A DNA stretch of 64,000 nt from an uncultured virus (IMG/VR IMGVR_UViG_3300027708_000067) (taxonomy: Duplodnaviria > Heunggongvirae > Uroviricota > Caudoviricetes), in the IMG/VR virus record IMGVR_UViG_3300027708_000067; one strand, 5' to 3'. Positions 42,512 through 55,400 of the stretch are shown here, piece by piece (position 1 is the stretch's first letter; each line of letters opens with the position of its first letter). The notes beneath the pieces are model-generated. The model was not told the DNA's origin and searched no databases. It worked only from the letters and a program-made list of their open reading frames with translations. Both the position numbers and the translations under genes were made by a program.

Positions 42512-43807
42512 TTAAGCAGTATAGGAGCCAGATGCTGTGAATTTGATGATCGTGTTCGATCCGCTTGTGGTCACGGTAGGTGATCCAGTTGTAGTGCCTG
42601 AGTAGTTGGCTGTTGGTACAGATATAATGACTACGCCTGATCCGCCAGCGCCAGTGGTAGAATTATCTGCACCACCGCCACCACCACCTGTGTTAGTAGT
42701 TCCATTTGAACCAGAAGAAGCACCTGCTGCACCACCTGCGCCACCACCACCAGAACCTCCACTACCACCAGGACCGCCTCCACCAGTTCTATTTGGATCA
42801 TAGCCACCAGCACCACCACCGCCACCAGCATATGTTACAGATGATCCAGTGATGGAGGATGCAGTTCCTGCGCCACCATTACCACCTGCACCACTTGTCC
42901 CATCAGAACCAACAGCACTAGCACCACCTCCGCCGCCACCACCAAAAGTAGGACCTGCATTACTAGAACCCGTGCCACCATTATTTCCTTGACCAACTGT
43001 GCCAGTGCCACCAGGATCAATGTTACCAGAACCGCCGCCACCTGATCCACCACTACCACCAGAACTAAATCCACCATATCCGCCACCTAATGCGGTTGTT
43101 TGACCAGTTAAAGATGAATTGTTACCGGGGTTTCCTGTAGTTCCTGCGTTTACAGAAGCTCCGCCTCCACCGACAGTTACAGTATAAACCGACCCTGGGG
43201 TTAAAGATGCTGTTCCGGTTAACAAACCGCCAGCGCCACCGCCACCGCCACCACGATTAACCCTAGATCCACCACTAGCACCACCAGCAACAATTAAGTA
43301 ACTTGCTGTGTAGGTTGCGGGTGCTGGGTTGCTGCCCAAGAAACCAGCGTAAGGCAACCAGCCTTTGGTAGAGTCAACATAGACAAACAACAAAGATTCT
43401 CTATTAGTCGTTACAATCACGTTACCAGTAGCACCCAATATCTTGCTACCATTTGGATTAATTGTTAAATTATATGTAGCAAAAGTACCAGCATAATCCA
43501 CAAACCCAACAGCCTGACCAGCGGTTGGGGAAGCTGGTAGAGTAGCCGTAACGCCAGCAGATGTGGTGTTAACTGGATAGCCCTTACCAGCACTTGCTGC
43601 GAAGTTAGAAGCTTGTACAGACTGCCAAGAGACAGCAGCAGAACCAAAAGACAGAGGCACCACTGTGCCGCCTGTGTTTTTGTAGTAGATCACCCCGTCG
43701 GCGGTATTGATCGCAATTTCGCCGTTTACTAAGTTACCAGCAGTAGGTTGAGCCGCTGCAGTGGTACTGTAGTAAAACGAAATCGGTGTGTATCCGGATT
43801 GTGCCAT
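42512..43807 (-). CDS. Gly-rich fibre protein, paralogue 1
   Basis: Colinear with 41222-42493, near-identical C-terminus. Confidence 0.75.
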   Translation of the reverse strand: MAQSGYTPISFYYSTTAAAQPTAGNLVNGEIAINTADGVIYYKNTGGTVVPLSFGSAAVSWQSVQASNFAASAGKGYPVNTTSAGVTATLPASPTAGQAVGFVDYAGTFATYNLTINPNGSKILGATGNVIVTTNRESLLFVYVDSTKGWLPYAGFLGSNPAPATYTASYLIVAGGASGGSRVNRGGGGGGAGGLLTGTASLTPGSVYTVTVGGGGASVNAGTTGNPGNNSSLTGQTTALGGGYGGFSSGGSGGSGGGGSGNIDPGGTGTVGQGNNGGTGSSNAGPTFGGGGGGGASAVGSDGTSGAGGNGGAGTASSITGSSVTYAGGGGGAGGYDPNRTGGGGPGGSGGSGGGGAGGAAGASSGSNGTTNTGGGGGGADNSTTGAGGSGVVIISVPTANYSGTTTGSPTVTTSGSNTIIKFTASGSYTA

Positions 43808-43810
43808 GTT

Positions 43811-44251
43811 TTATTTCCGTAAATGTTCTAATACTATTTGTGGTTCAACAAACCGATCGTTGCTGTGGGGTGTTGCTTCCCACCAGATAAATTGGTTTGG
43901 CACCAAGTGTGATCGGTCTTTTAATAAATTAATGTTCTCATGGTGTCCAAAGATCAACGGATCAGATGGCCCCCACAATACTATGCCTTGTTTGCCTTCG
44001 TCCCATGCAAGATGCTGAAAGAAACTATCAACACCAATCCAAGTACGGCATTCTTGCAACATCTCACGCAACCTTGGCAAACTCATGTTCTTCACAAAGT
44101 TATCTACCAGTTGTTCTTCACCTTCAACGCCAACTTGGATAATTGGCTCGTCAATCATTTCAACAAGCTGTTTCCAATACGTTAGCGGATAGTTCTTCGG
44201 GTTTAACGCGCCCGTTCTTAACTTTTGCGCAAATGGGGCTATGATAATCAT
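43811..44251 (-). CDS. GT9 (heptosyltransferase-like) C-terminal domain protein
   Basis: KNYP..YW..LV, IIQVG, WIGVDSFFQHLA, VLWG. Confidence 0.75.
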   Translation of the reverse strand: MIIIAPFAQKLRTGALNPKNYPLTYWKQLVEMIDEPIIQVGVEGEEQLVDNFVKNMSLPRLREMLQECRTWIGVDSFFQHLAWDEGKQGIVLWGPSDPLIFGHHENINLLKDRSHLVPNQFIWWEATPHSNDRFVEPQIVLEHLRK

Positions 44252-45228
44252 AAGTACATCCCCCGAAACGCATCTTCCAAACTATCAGTCCACTTGCGAT
44301 GCGCCATCCATTTATAGATGCTCCAGTTGTCAATGTCACCAAACAACTGTTTTGCTTCACCAATCGACTTGCCAGGAATAATATCTGGGTAGCAAGTAAA
44401 CACCATCGGGTCTTTTAACTGCGGCAATATGTGGCTAAACACAATGTGATCGCCCATACCGCAATTTAAAACCACTATCGTCTTATCACGACAAGCCAAG
44501 TAGTTTCTAAAAATCTGCTCATCGTGCGTATACAACTCGGCGTTAGTCTCGCTACGAATACCACCTTGCGGGTTCTTCATGTGCCACGTTGTTGCGTTTG
44601 GCACTGCTAAAACCTTATAACCTTTTTGATGCAAGCCGTATGTAAACAGCGTTTCTTCCCGATGTGCTACCCGTGAAAGACCAGTATTAAAGTTGTGCAC
44701 ACCAGCACGGTATAAAAAAGTGCAGTGTAAATGTTCAACTTCCCTAACCATTGGAATAGGGCTCCATTGGATATTGGGCTCACTATCAATGTGATCAATT
44801 TTACCAGTTGAGTTAACATTTTCAAATATATTTGGCGGTGTTAAAACCGCCCCTCCAATTGCTCCAACGTTACTAAGTGCATGTAAGTATAAACTTCTTA
44901 ACACATTAGGCTCGGGGATAGCATCATCATCACAACGCCACACCCACTCGTAACCCTCGTTTACTGCAATGTCATTGGCTTGTTGGTGAATGTGATGTTG
45001 GCCTTTTTTGCCAGCATACCGCCATTCCCACTTAATTGCCTTTAAATCTAACATCTGAAAAAAGTACGAATAAATCATCTCTTTTCGCATGTCTTGCGGT
45101 TCGTCATTATCATCAAATATAATCAGCCGATCCACTGGCTTGGTCTGATTAATAATAGCGTTTAATACCAAGGGCAAGGTTGTATGGTAGCGCCCTCTTG
45201 TTGCTACCGAGCATAGAACCTTACTCAT
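44248..45228 (-). CDS. GT2 glycosyltransferase with a C-terminal GT9 N-domain-like segment
   Basis: I.NQT...D.LIIFDD, WVWRCDDD (DxD), HREET; C-terminal VVLNCGMGDH. Confidence 0.8.
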   Translation of the reverse strand: MSKVLCSVATRGRYHTTLPLVLNAIINQTKPVDRLIIFDDNDEPQDMRKEMIYSYFFQMLDLKAIKWEWRYAGKKGQHHIHQQANDIAVNEGYEWVWRCDDDAIPEPNVLRSLYLHALSNVGAIGGAVLTPPNIFENVNSTGKIDHIDSEPNIQWSPIPMVREVEHLHCTFLYRAGVHNFNTGLSRVAHREETLFTYGLHQKGYKVLAVPNATTWHMKNPQGGIRSETNAELYTHDEQIFRNYLACRDKTIVVLNCGMGDHIVFSHILPQLKDPMVFTCYPDIIPGKSIGEAKQLFGDIDNWSIYKWMAHRKWTDSLEDAFRGMYL

Positions 45229-46450
45229 TGTCCCACCTGCAGATCATCAAGTTGCTAATGTTGTCGTTGCTTACTGGCACCATGTCGTGTGAAATGTTGC
45301 CGTTGTGGCTGATGTAAGTAAACTGAAAGCCAGGGAAATGACTCTCGTTTAATCCATGCAACCTATGGTGTTCACCCCAAAAGCCTTTTGGCTCGTTGTG
45401 TGGCACCGTAATCAACAAACGCCTGCAGTGCTTCTTGAGCTTTTCAACAACTTCTAAACCATTGTCAAGGTGCTCAATCACTTCAAACGCCAAAATAGTG
45501 TCGTAATGCTCCAACTCGTAGCTGTTAATATCTGCCCAATCAAACTGACAGTTATCACCCCACTTCTGATCACGCGCCACATCAACAATAATCGGGTCAT
45601 AATCCAAACCTAAATACTGAATGCGTGGTGCAAAAAACTGTGTACCATAACCGGTAGAACAACCAATTTCTAACAGCTTGTTGCCAAAAATATTACGTGC
45701 TGCCCACTCATAGCGCTGTGTTTCTCTTGGAAAAACCTCGTCACCCTTTAGAAAAACGGCTCGCTCGTAGTTGTTTGACAGGCGCCAGTAATACCAATCT
45801 CTGTTGTACTTCTTAGCCAAACGCAACTCGTTTAGCAAAAACTTTTCTTTCCACTTTTGAATTAGGCTTTCATCGTGCATGGTGCCTTCTGCTTCATGCC
45901 AAATCGGAAAGTCACCTTTGTAACCCACATCTACCAATTCAAAACCAGCATCTTGTGCCAACATGCAAAACTCAATATCATCGCATCCGCCAGTGCCGTA
46001 TTCTGTGTTTAGTAATCCAATTTTTTGAAATACTTTAACATCAATCATCACACAGAAAAACACAATAAACTTGCGTTTTGTAATGTCTGAATACTGTGTC
46101 AATACACCAGCAATATCAGCTACATCTAAACGCTCTAGCCATTTATTTTTTGGCTGTTCTAACAGCACCGTATCGTTGTTTAACAATACAATCTTTTCAC
46201 CCTTGCACACCCGAATGCCATTGTTAACGGCTTTTGGGAAGCCTAGCGCCTCGTTGCTCCAAACTACCACCAAATTAGGTATAGCAGTTTGTAAGTAATC
46301 CAAATAGGCTTTGGTGTTGTCAACACATCCGTTTGCCGATACAACCAACTCTACGTTGGTCATATCGGTGTACTTGATAATCGACTCAATACAAGGTTTT
46401 AAATACTTCTCACAATTGTTATATGTTGGTATAACGATGCTATATTTCAT
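45221..46450 (-). CDS. GT2 glycosyltransferase fused to a SAM-dependent methyltransferase
   Basis: SIVIPTYN, LLNNDT, GCDDIEF; RYEWA, LEIGCSTGYG, FEVIEHL; AAAGGA SD before ATG 46450. Confidence 0.88.
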   Translation of the reverse strand: MKYSIVIPTYNNCEKYLKPCIESIIKYTDMTNVELVVSANGCVDNTKAYLDYLQTAIPNLVVVWSNEALGFPKAVNNGIRVCKGEKIVLLNNDTVLLEQPKNKWLERLDVADIAGVLTQYSDITKRKFIVFFCVMIDVKVFQKIGLLNTEYGTGGCDDIEFCMLAQDAGFELVDVGYKGDFPIWHEAEGTMHDESLIQKWKEKFLLNELRLAKKYNRDWYYWRLSNNYERAVFLKGDEVFPRETQRYEWAARNIFGNKLLEIGCSTGYGTQFFAPRIQYLGLDYDPIIVDVARDQKWGDNCQFDWADINSYELEHYDTILAFEVIEHLDNGLEVVEKLKKHCRRLLITVPHNEPKGFWGEHHRLHGLNESHFPGFQFTYISHNGNISHDMVPVSNDNISNLMICRWDNE

Positions 46451-46482
46451 GTTTTCCTTTAGAGGTTTATACAAACCTCCTA

Positions 46483-46491
46483 ATTATAGCA
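46483..46491 (-). promoter_or_regulatory. Extended -10 (host sigma-70 type) for the glycosyltransferase cassette
   Basis: TGCTATAAT, followed by small hairpin GAGGTTT/AAACCTC. Confidence 0.6.
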
Positions 46492-46498
46492 CAACTAC

Positions 46499-49400
46499 TT
46501 AGAACGTACCGCCTTTGATACCGCTCGTAATTGCACCGTTGGTTGCGTTAAATACTAATCCAGAGTTGGTGTATACCGACTGACTACCTGTCAATCCTGT
46601 CACCAACGTTGGGTAGGTTGTTGCTGCTGTGGTGTTGCTTACCGATACTGTGGTTGGAGCGACACCGCTGTAACCAGAGATACCTGACGCGCCTGAGAAA
46701 CCAGATACACCAGAACCGCTGTAACCGGAGAAGCCAGACAATCCAGAACCACTGTAACCAGAGAAGCCGCTGTAACCAGAGATACCTGAGCCAGAGTAAC
46801 CACTGTAGCCAGAGAAACCTGAGATACCGCTGCCTGAGTAGCCAGAGAAGCCTGATAAACCAGAGCCGCTGTAACCAGATGTACCACTGTAGCCAGAGAT
46901 ACCTGAGAAGCCAGAGAAGCCGGATGTACCGTTAGTACCGTTGGTTCCAGAGTAACCGCTGGTGCCACTGTAGCCAGAGATTCCAGATGCGCCTGAGAAA
47001 CCGCTGATACCAAATCCGCTGTAACCAGAAATACCTGAGAAGCCGCTGTAACCGCTAATACCAGAACCGCTGTATCCGCTGTAACCTGAGAAGCCTGAGA
47101 TACCAGAGCCACTGTAACCAGAGAAGCCACTGATACCAGAACCACTGTAGCCTGAGAAGCCGCTGATACCAGACGCTCCACTGTATCCAGAGATACCTGA
47201 GAAGCCACTGTAACCAGAGATACCTGAGAAGCCACTGTAGCCTGAGATACCAGACGCGCCAGAAATTCCAGAGAAGCCACTGTAGCCGGAGATACCAGAT
47301 GCGCCAGAGAAACCAGATATACCTGAGAAGCCACTGTAACCTGATACACCAGAGTAACCAGAGATACCAGATGCACCTGAGAAGCCACTGTAACCGCTGA
47401 TACCAGAGCCACTGTAACCAGAGAAACCTGACAAACCAGATCCACTATAGCCAGAGAAGCCACTGTAGCCACTTACACCAGAACCGCTGTAACCAGAAGT
47501 ACCAGAGAAGCCGCTTATACCAGAACCACTGTAGCCAGAGAAACCTGAGACACCAGATCCGCTGTAACCACTGTAGCCTGAGAAGCCTGAGTCACCATCT
47601 TGACCGGAGATACCTGACGCGCCAGAGAAACCGCTGTAACCAGAGATACCAGAGAAGCCAGAGATACCAGATGCACCAGAGAAGCCAGAGCGACCAGAGA
47701 AACCAGAGATACCTGAGAAGCCAGAGTCACCGCTGTAACCAGAGATACCTGAATCACCAGAGAAACCTGAGAAACCTGAGTCGCCTGAGAAACCGCTGTA
47801 TCCAGAGATACCAGACATACCTGAGTAGCCAGAGAAGCCTGATAAACCAGAGCCAGAGTAACCAGAGATACCGCTGTAACCAGAGATACCAGATCCACTG
47901 TAACCGCTGTAACCAGAGAAGCCAGAGATACCAGAACCTGAGTAGCCAGAGAAGCCAGAAATACCTGAGCCAGAGTAACCGGAGAAGCCAGAGTCACCTG
48001 AGAAACCTGAGATACCAGAGTCACCTGAGAATCCAGAGTCACCTGAGAAACCGCTGTAGCCAGAGATACCGGATGCTCCAGAGAAGCCAGAACGACCACT
48101 GTAACCAGAGAAGCCTGAGATACCTGAGAAACCAGAATCACCAGAGAAACCACTGTAACCAGAAATACCGCTGTCACCAGAGAAACCTGAGTCACCAGAG
48201 AAACCGCTGTAACCTGAGATACCAGATTGTCCAGAATAACCAGAGAAACCAGAAATACCAGAACCGCTGTAACCAGATTGACCGCTGTAACCACTGATAC
48301 CAGATCCACTATAGCCACTGTAGCCAGAGAAACCACTTACACCAGAACCAGAGTAGCCTGAGAAACCTGAGATACCAGAGCCGCTGTAACCAGAGAATCC
48401 TGATTCACCAGAGAAACCGCTGATACCAGAGTCGCCAGAGAAACCTGAGAAGCCACTGTAACCAGAAATTCCAGATGCGCCTGAGAAGCCAGATCGACCG
48501 CTGTAGCCAGAGATACCAGATGCACCAGAGAAGCCTGACTCACCAGAGAAGCCACTGTAGCCAGAAATACCAGAGTCACCAGAGAAGCCTGAGAAGCCAG
48601 AGTCACCGCTGTAACCAGAAGTACCTACTTCACCAGAGTAACCTGAGAAGCCAGAGATACCAGAACCACTGTAACCAGATTCACCGCTGTAACCAGAGAT
48701 ACCAGAACCGCTATAACCTGAATATCCAGAGAAACCGCTTACGCCTGATCCAGAATAGCCAGAGAAGCCTGATAGACCAGAGCCAGAGTAACCAGAGAAT
48801 CCAGATGTACCTGAGAAGCCAGAGATACCAGACGCGCCGGAGAAGCCTGAGATACCGCTATAACCAGATTTACCAGAGAAGCCTGATGTGCCTGAGAAAC
48901 CACTGTAACCAGAAATTCCAGAGTCGCCAGAGAAACCTGAGATACCGCTGTAACCAGATGTACCAGTTGCGCCTTGTAAATTAATATCCCATGGATATAC
49001 ACCCGAACCAGCGTAATTGTTTACGTTGAATGAGAACAAACCTGTTGTTGGGTTGTATGCTGTAACAGTTACGTTGGCATAGTTAAAGGCGTCGTGAGCA
49101 ATAACCGCTGTTTGACCAACAGTCCAGCTTAATCCTGTGCCAACAATAATGGCACCAGAAATATCACCTAGAGCAAAGTCGCCGTCTGTACTGGTAGTTG
49201 CATACTTGTCGCTAGCACCAGAAGTACCACTGTAACCAGAGAATCCTGAGATACCAGAGAAGCCTGATGCACCAGAGTAACCAGAGAAGCCGGAGATACC
49301 TGAACCAGAGTAACCAGATTCACCACTGTAACCAGAGATACCAGATCCGCTGTAACCACTGTAACCAGAGAAGCCAGATGTACCGATACCACTGTAACCA

Positions 49401-52400
49401 GAGAAACCAGACAAGCCAGATCCGCTGTAGCCAGAGAAGCCAGACTCACCAGAGAAGCCACTGTAACCAGATTCACCAGAGAAGCCACTATAACCAGATT
49501 CACCAGAGAAGCCAGACGCACCAGATTCACCGCTGTAACCAGAAAAACCAGATTGACCATCTGGGCCTACGATTTGACCAGCGTTAAACCAGTTTGTGCC
49601 ATTCCATACATACAAATCGCCGTCGGCTGTAACAATGTACGCATCATTAACTTGGTTGCCAATTAATGGTAAGTCGCCTACTGTTGCAACAGTGCCTTTG
49701 AGGTTGATTGAAGTACCTTGAGCGCCGCTGTAACCAGAGTAGCCTGAGTAACCTGAAGCACCATCAATACCGCTGTAACCAGAAGCGCCATCAATACCGC
49801 TGTAACCAGAGATACCTGAGAAGCCAGAATCACCGCTGTAACCGCTGATACCGGATCCACTGTAACCACTATAGCCTGAGAATCCAGAGATGCCTGAGCC
49901 ACTGTAGCCAGAGAAACCGCTTACGCCAGAGCCACTATAGCCAGACTCACCACTGTAACCGCTGATACCGGATCCACTGTAACCGCTGTAGCCTGAGAAG
50001 CCAGAAATACCAGAAGCACCGGATGCACCAGAGTAGCCAGAGAAGCCAGATAGACCGTCAATACCACTGTAGCCAGAGAAGCCAGAATCGCCTGACCAAC
50101 CAGAGATACCAGAGTCACCAGAATAACCTGAGATACCAGAGTCACCGCTGTAACCAGAGATGCCTGAAAAGCCAGAGATACCAGACGCGCCTGAGAAGCC
50201 AGAGAAACCGCTGATACCAGAGAAGCCAGATGTACCTGAGAAACCGCTGTAGCCAGAGATACCAGATCCACTGTAACCAGAGTAACCTGAGAAGCCAGAA
50301 ATGCCAGAGCCAGAGTAACCAGAGAAACCACTGATACCAGAACCTGAGTAACCAGACTCACCGCTGTAACCACTTATGCCGCTGCCACTGTAACCACTGT
50401 AACCTGAGAAGCCAGAAATACCGCTGTCGCCAGAGAAACCAGAAATGCCTGAGAATCCGCTGTAACCAGAGATACCAGAATGGCCAGAAAAACCAGAAAT
50501 GCCTGAGAAACCGCTGTAACCAGAGATACCAGAGTCGCCTGAGAAACCGCTGATACCAGAATCACCGCTATAGCCTGAGATACCAGAGTCGCCAGAGAAA
50601 CCTGAGAAGCCTGAAATGCCAGAAGCTCCAGATTCACCTGAGAAACCGCTGTAGCCAGAGATACCTGATCCACTGTAACCAGAGTAACCTGAGAAGCCGC
50701 TAATACCAGATCCGCTGTAGCCAGAGAAACCGCTAATACCAGATCCGCTGTAGCCAGAGAAACCGCTGTAGCCGCTTACGCCAGATCCGCTGTAACCACT
50801 GTATCCAGAGAAACCAGAAATACCGGAGTCACCAGAGAAACCAGAATCGCCTGAGAAGCCACTGTAACCAGAGATACCAGAATGGCCAGAGAAACCTGAA
50901 ATACCTGAGAAACCGCTGTAGCCAGAGATACCAGAGTCGCCAGAGAAACCGCTGATACCAGAATCACCGCTGTAACCAGAAATACCTGAATCACCAGAGA
51001 AACCAGAGAAGCCAGAAATGCCAGAGTGGCCAGAGAAGCCAGATGTACCTGAGAAACCGCTGTAACCAGAGATACCAGATCCGCTGTAGCCAGAATAGCC
51101 AGAGAAGCCTGAAATGCCAGAACCAGAGTAACCAGAGAAACCTGAGATACCACTACCACTGTAGCCAGATTCACCACTGTAGCCACTAATACCAGAGCCA
51201 CTGTAACCAGAATAACCAGAGAAGCCAGAAAGTCCAGAGTCACCAGAGAAACCTGAGATACCAGAATCACCGCTGTAACCAGAAATACCAGAGTCGCCAG
51301 AGAAACCGGAAATACCAGAATCACCACTGTAACCACTAATACCAGAGTCGCCAGAGAAACCTGAAATACCGCTGTCACCAGAGAAGCCTGAAATACCTGA
51401 GAAACCTGATTCACCTGAGAAACCAGAAAAACCGCTTATGCCAGAGTCGCCCGAGAATCCACTGTAACCTGAGATACCTGAGCCACTATAACCAGAATAG
51501 CCAGAGAAACCAGAAATACCAGATCCGCTGTAACCAGAGAAGCCAGATACACCGCTTCCAGAATAGCCTGAGAAGCCACTATAACCGCTGTCACCGCTTC
51601 CGCTGTAACCAGAGTAGCCAGAGAAGCCAGAAAGTCCAGAGTCGCCTGAGAAGCCGCTAATGCCGCTAAAACCGCTGTAGCCAGAAATACCAGAGTCACC
51701 AGAAAAGCCAGAATCGCCTGAGAAGCCACTGTAACCAGAGATACCACTGTCGCCAGAAAAACCTGAAATACCGCTGTCACCAGAGTAGCCAGAAATACCA
51801 GACGCGCCTGAGAAACCAGATTCACCAGAGTAACCAGAAATACCTGAATCACCTGAGATACCAGAATCACCAGAGAAGCCGCTGTATCCAGAAATACCAG
51901 ATCCGCTGTAGCCAGAATAGCCAGAGAAACCTGAAGTTCCTATTTCACCGCTGTAACCAGAGAAGCCTGATAAGCCAGATCCGCTATAACCAGAGTATCC
52001 AGACTCACCACTGTAACCAGAATCACCAGAAAAACCTGAGATACCAGAATCACCACTGTAACCAGAGATACCGCTGTCGCCAGAGAAACCAGAGAAGCCT
52101 GAGATACCAGAATCTCCAGAAATACCGCTGTCACCGCTGTAACCACTGTAACCAGAGTCACCAGAACCGCTGTAACCAGAATAGCCAGAGAAGCCAGATG
52201 TACCTATGCCGCTGTAACCAGAGAATCCTGATAGACCACTACCAGAATAGCCAGAGAAGCCGCTATAACCAGAAATACCGCTACCACTGTAACCAGAGTA
52301 GCCAGAGAAACCAGAAGTTCCTACTTCACCGCTGTAACCAGAAAAACCTGATTCGCCAGAGAAACCTGAAATACCAGAATCACCACTGTAACCAGAAATA

Positions 52401-55400
52401 CCAGAGTCACCACTGTAACCACTAATACCACTGTCACCAGAGTAACCAGAATTGCCACTATAACCAGAGTCACCACTGTAACCACTAATACCACTGTCAC
52501 CAGAGAAACCTGAAATACCAGAGTCACCGCTGTAACCAGAAATACCAGAGTCGCCAGAGAAACCGGAAATACCAGAATCTCCACTGTAGCCACTTATACC
52601 ACTATCACCAGAGAAACCGCTGTAACCAGAGAAACCTGATGTACCAGAGCCACCGCCAGAACCTGGCTGACCGCTGTAGCCAGAGAAACCTGACAAACCG
52701 TTTTGTCCGCTATAACCAGACAAGCCATCTTGTCCGCTGTAACCAGAAGCGCCGTCTTGTCCAGAATAACCAGACTCACCACTTAAACCATCTTGACCGC
52801 TGTAACCAGAGAAACCTGATTCACCGTTTTGGCCAGAGAAACCTGAAATACCAGACGCACCGTTTTGTCCAGAGAAGCCTGAGATACCAGATGCACCATC
52901 TTGACCGCTGTAACCAGAAATACCGGAAGCACCATCTTGACCACTGTAACCGGATTGACCATCTTGACCAGAGTAACCAGAGAAACCTGATTCACCATTT
53001 TGTCCGGAGTAACCAGATTCGCCGGATGCACCGTCAATACCGCTGTAACCAGAGAAACCACTTAAACCATCTTGACCTGAATAACCTGATTCACCAGAAA
53101 GACCATCTTGTCCGCTGTAACCAGAGATACCAGATGCACCATCTTGGCCAGAGAAACCTGAAATACCAGATGCACCATCTTGACCACTGTAACCAGAGAT
53201 ACCAGATGCACCATCTTGACCAGAGAAACCTGAAATACCAGATGCACCATCTTGACCACTGTAACCAGACTGACCATCTTGACCAGAATATCCAGACTCA
53301 CCAGATAAACCGTCTTGTCCACTGTAACCAGATAAACCAGATGCACCATCTTGGCCTGAGAAACCACTTAAGCCATCTTGACCACTGTAACCAGAGAAAC
53401 CTGATTCACCGTTTTGGCCAGAGAAACCTGAGATACCAGACGCGCCATCTTGACCGCTGTAACCAGACTCACCAGACAAACCATTTTGTCCAGAATAGCC
53501 AGAGAAACCAGAAATACCAGAGTGACCAGAAACACCAGATCCGCTGTAACCAGAAATACCTGAGAAACCAGAGATACCACTGTCACCACTGTAGCCAGAA
53601 ATACCAGAGTCGCCAGAAAAACCACTGTAACCAGAAATACCGCTGTCACCAGAGAAACCTGAGAAGCCGCTGTAACCGCTATCACCAGTTGGGCCAACAA
53701 TTGGACCTACGTTGGTCCATGCTGCGCCAGTCCATACATACAAGTCACCATTAGATTGAACAATGTATGCGTCATTTAAATTGCCTGTTGGTGGTAAGTC
53801 CCCTGGAGTTGCAACAGTACCAATAATATTAACTGATGTACCTTGCGCACCACTGATACCAGAGAAACCACTGTAACCAGAAATACCAGAGTCACCTGAG
53901 AAACCGCTGATACCAGAATCACCACTGTAGCCAGAGAAGCCTGAGATACCAGAGTCGCCAGAGAAACCTGAGATACCAGAGTCACCACTGTAACCAGAGA
54001 TACCGCTATCACCAGAAAAACCTGAGAAGCCAGACAAGCCATCTTGGCCACTGTAACCAGATTCACCGGACAAACCATTTTGTCCAGAAAAACCAGAAAT
54101 ACCAGACGCACCATCTTGACCGCTGTAACCAGATTGACCAGACAAGCCATCTTGTCCGCTGTAACCACTTAAACCATCTTGACCAGAAAAACCAGAGAAG
54201 CCAGACAATCCATCTTGTCCACTATAACCAGATTCACCAGATAAACCATTTTGTCCAGAGAAACCAGACTGACCATCTTGACCTGAGAAACCAGAAATAC
54301 CAGATGCGCCATCTTGTCCTGAGAAACCAGAAATACCAGATGCACCATTTTGTCCAGAAAAACCAGAGATACCAGATGCGCCGTTTTGACCGCTGTAACC
54401 AGAGATACCAGATGCGCCGTTTTGACCGCTGTAACCAGATTCGCCAGACAAGCCATCTTGTCCAGAATAACCAGATAATCCAGAAACGCCATCAATACCG
54501 CTGTAACCAGAAAAACCACTTAAACCATCTTGGCCTGAATAACCAGATTCGCCAGACAAACCATTTTGTCCTGAATAACCTGATTGACCATCTTGACCTG
54601 AGAAACCAGAAATACCAGATGCGCCATCTTGTCCAGAAAAACCAGAAATACCAGATACGCCATCTTGTCCAGAGAAACCTGAGATACCAGATGCGCCATC
54701 TTGACCACTGTAACCAGATTGACCGCTTAAACCATCTTGACCGCTGTAACCTGATTCACCAGAAACACCATTTTGTCCAGAATAACCTGATGTGCCATCT
54801 TGACCACTGTAACCAGACAAGCCGTCTTGACCAGAGTAACCAGAGAAACCTGATTCGCCAGTTTGACCGCTATATCCAGAGTAACCAGAAGCAGAAGCTG
54901 CGCCAGGTGCGCCACTATAACCAGAAAAACCTGAGAAACCAGAATCACCAGATACGCCATCTTGACCTGAATAACCAGAGTCACCTGAAACGCCATCTTG
55001 ACCAGAGTAACCAGAAAAACCTGATTGACCGTCTTGACCTGAGTAACCAGAGTCACCAGACAAGCCATCTTGACCGCTGTAACCAGATTCACCACTATAT
55101 CCAGAGTAACCAGATGCAGAAGCTTGACCATCTTGTCCAGAATAACCAGAAAAACCTGAGAAACCAGATGCGCCGTCTTGACCACTGTAACCAGAGTCAC
55201 CAGATGCACCATCTTGACCGCTGTAACCAGAAAAACCTGAGTAACCAGAAACGCCAGACGTGCCACTACCACCGCCAGTGGGTGGTTGTAAAGATAAATT
55301 GCCAGCACCATCGGTGGTCATTACATAACCAGATGTGCCGTCACTTGTTGGGTACGCTAACCCAGTAATTGTAATTTGTGTGCCAGCTGTTAATACGGCA

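Noticed and set aside
38675..43807. Diversity-generating retroelement template/variable repeats
   Set aside because: No reverse transcriptase in the window, and paralogue differences are not adenine-specific
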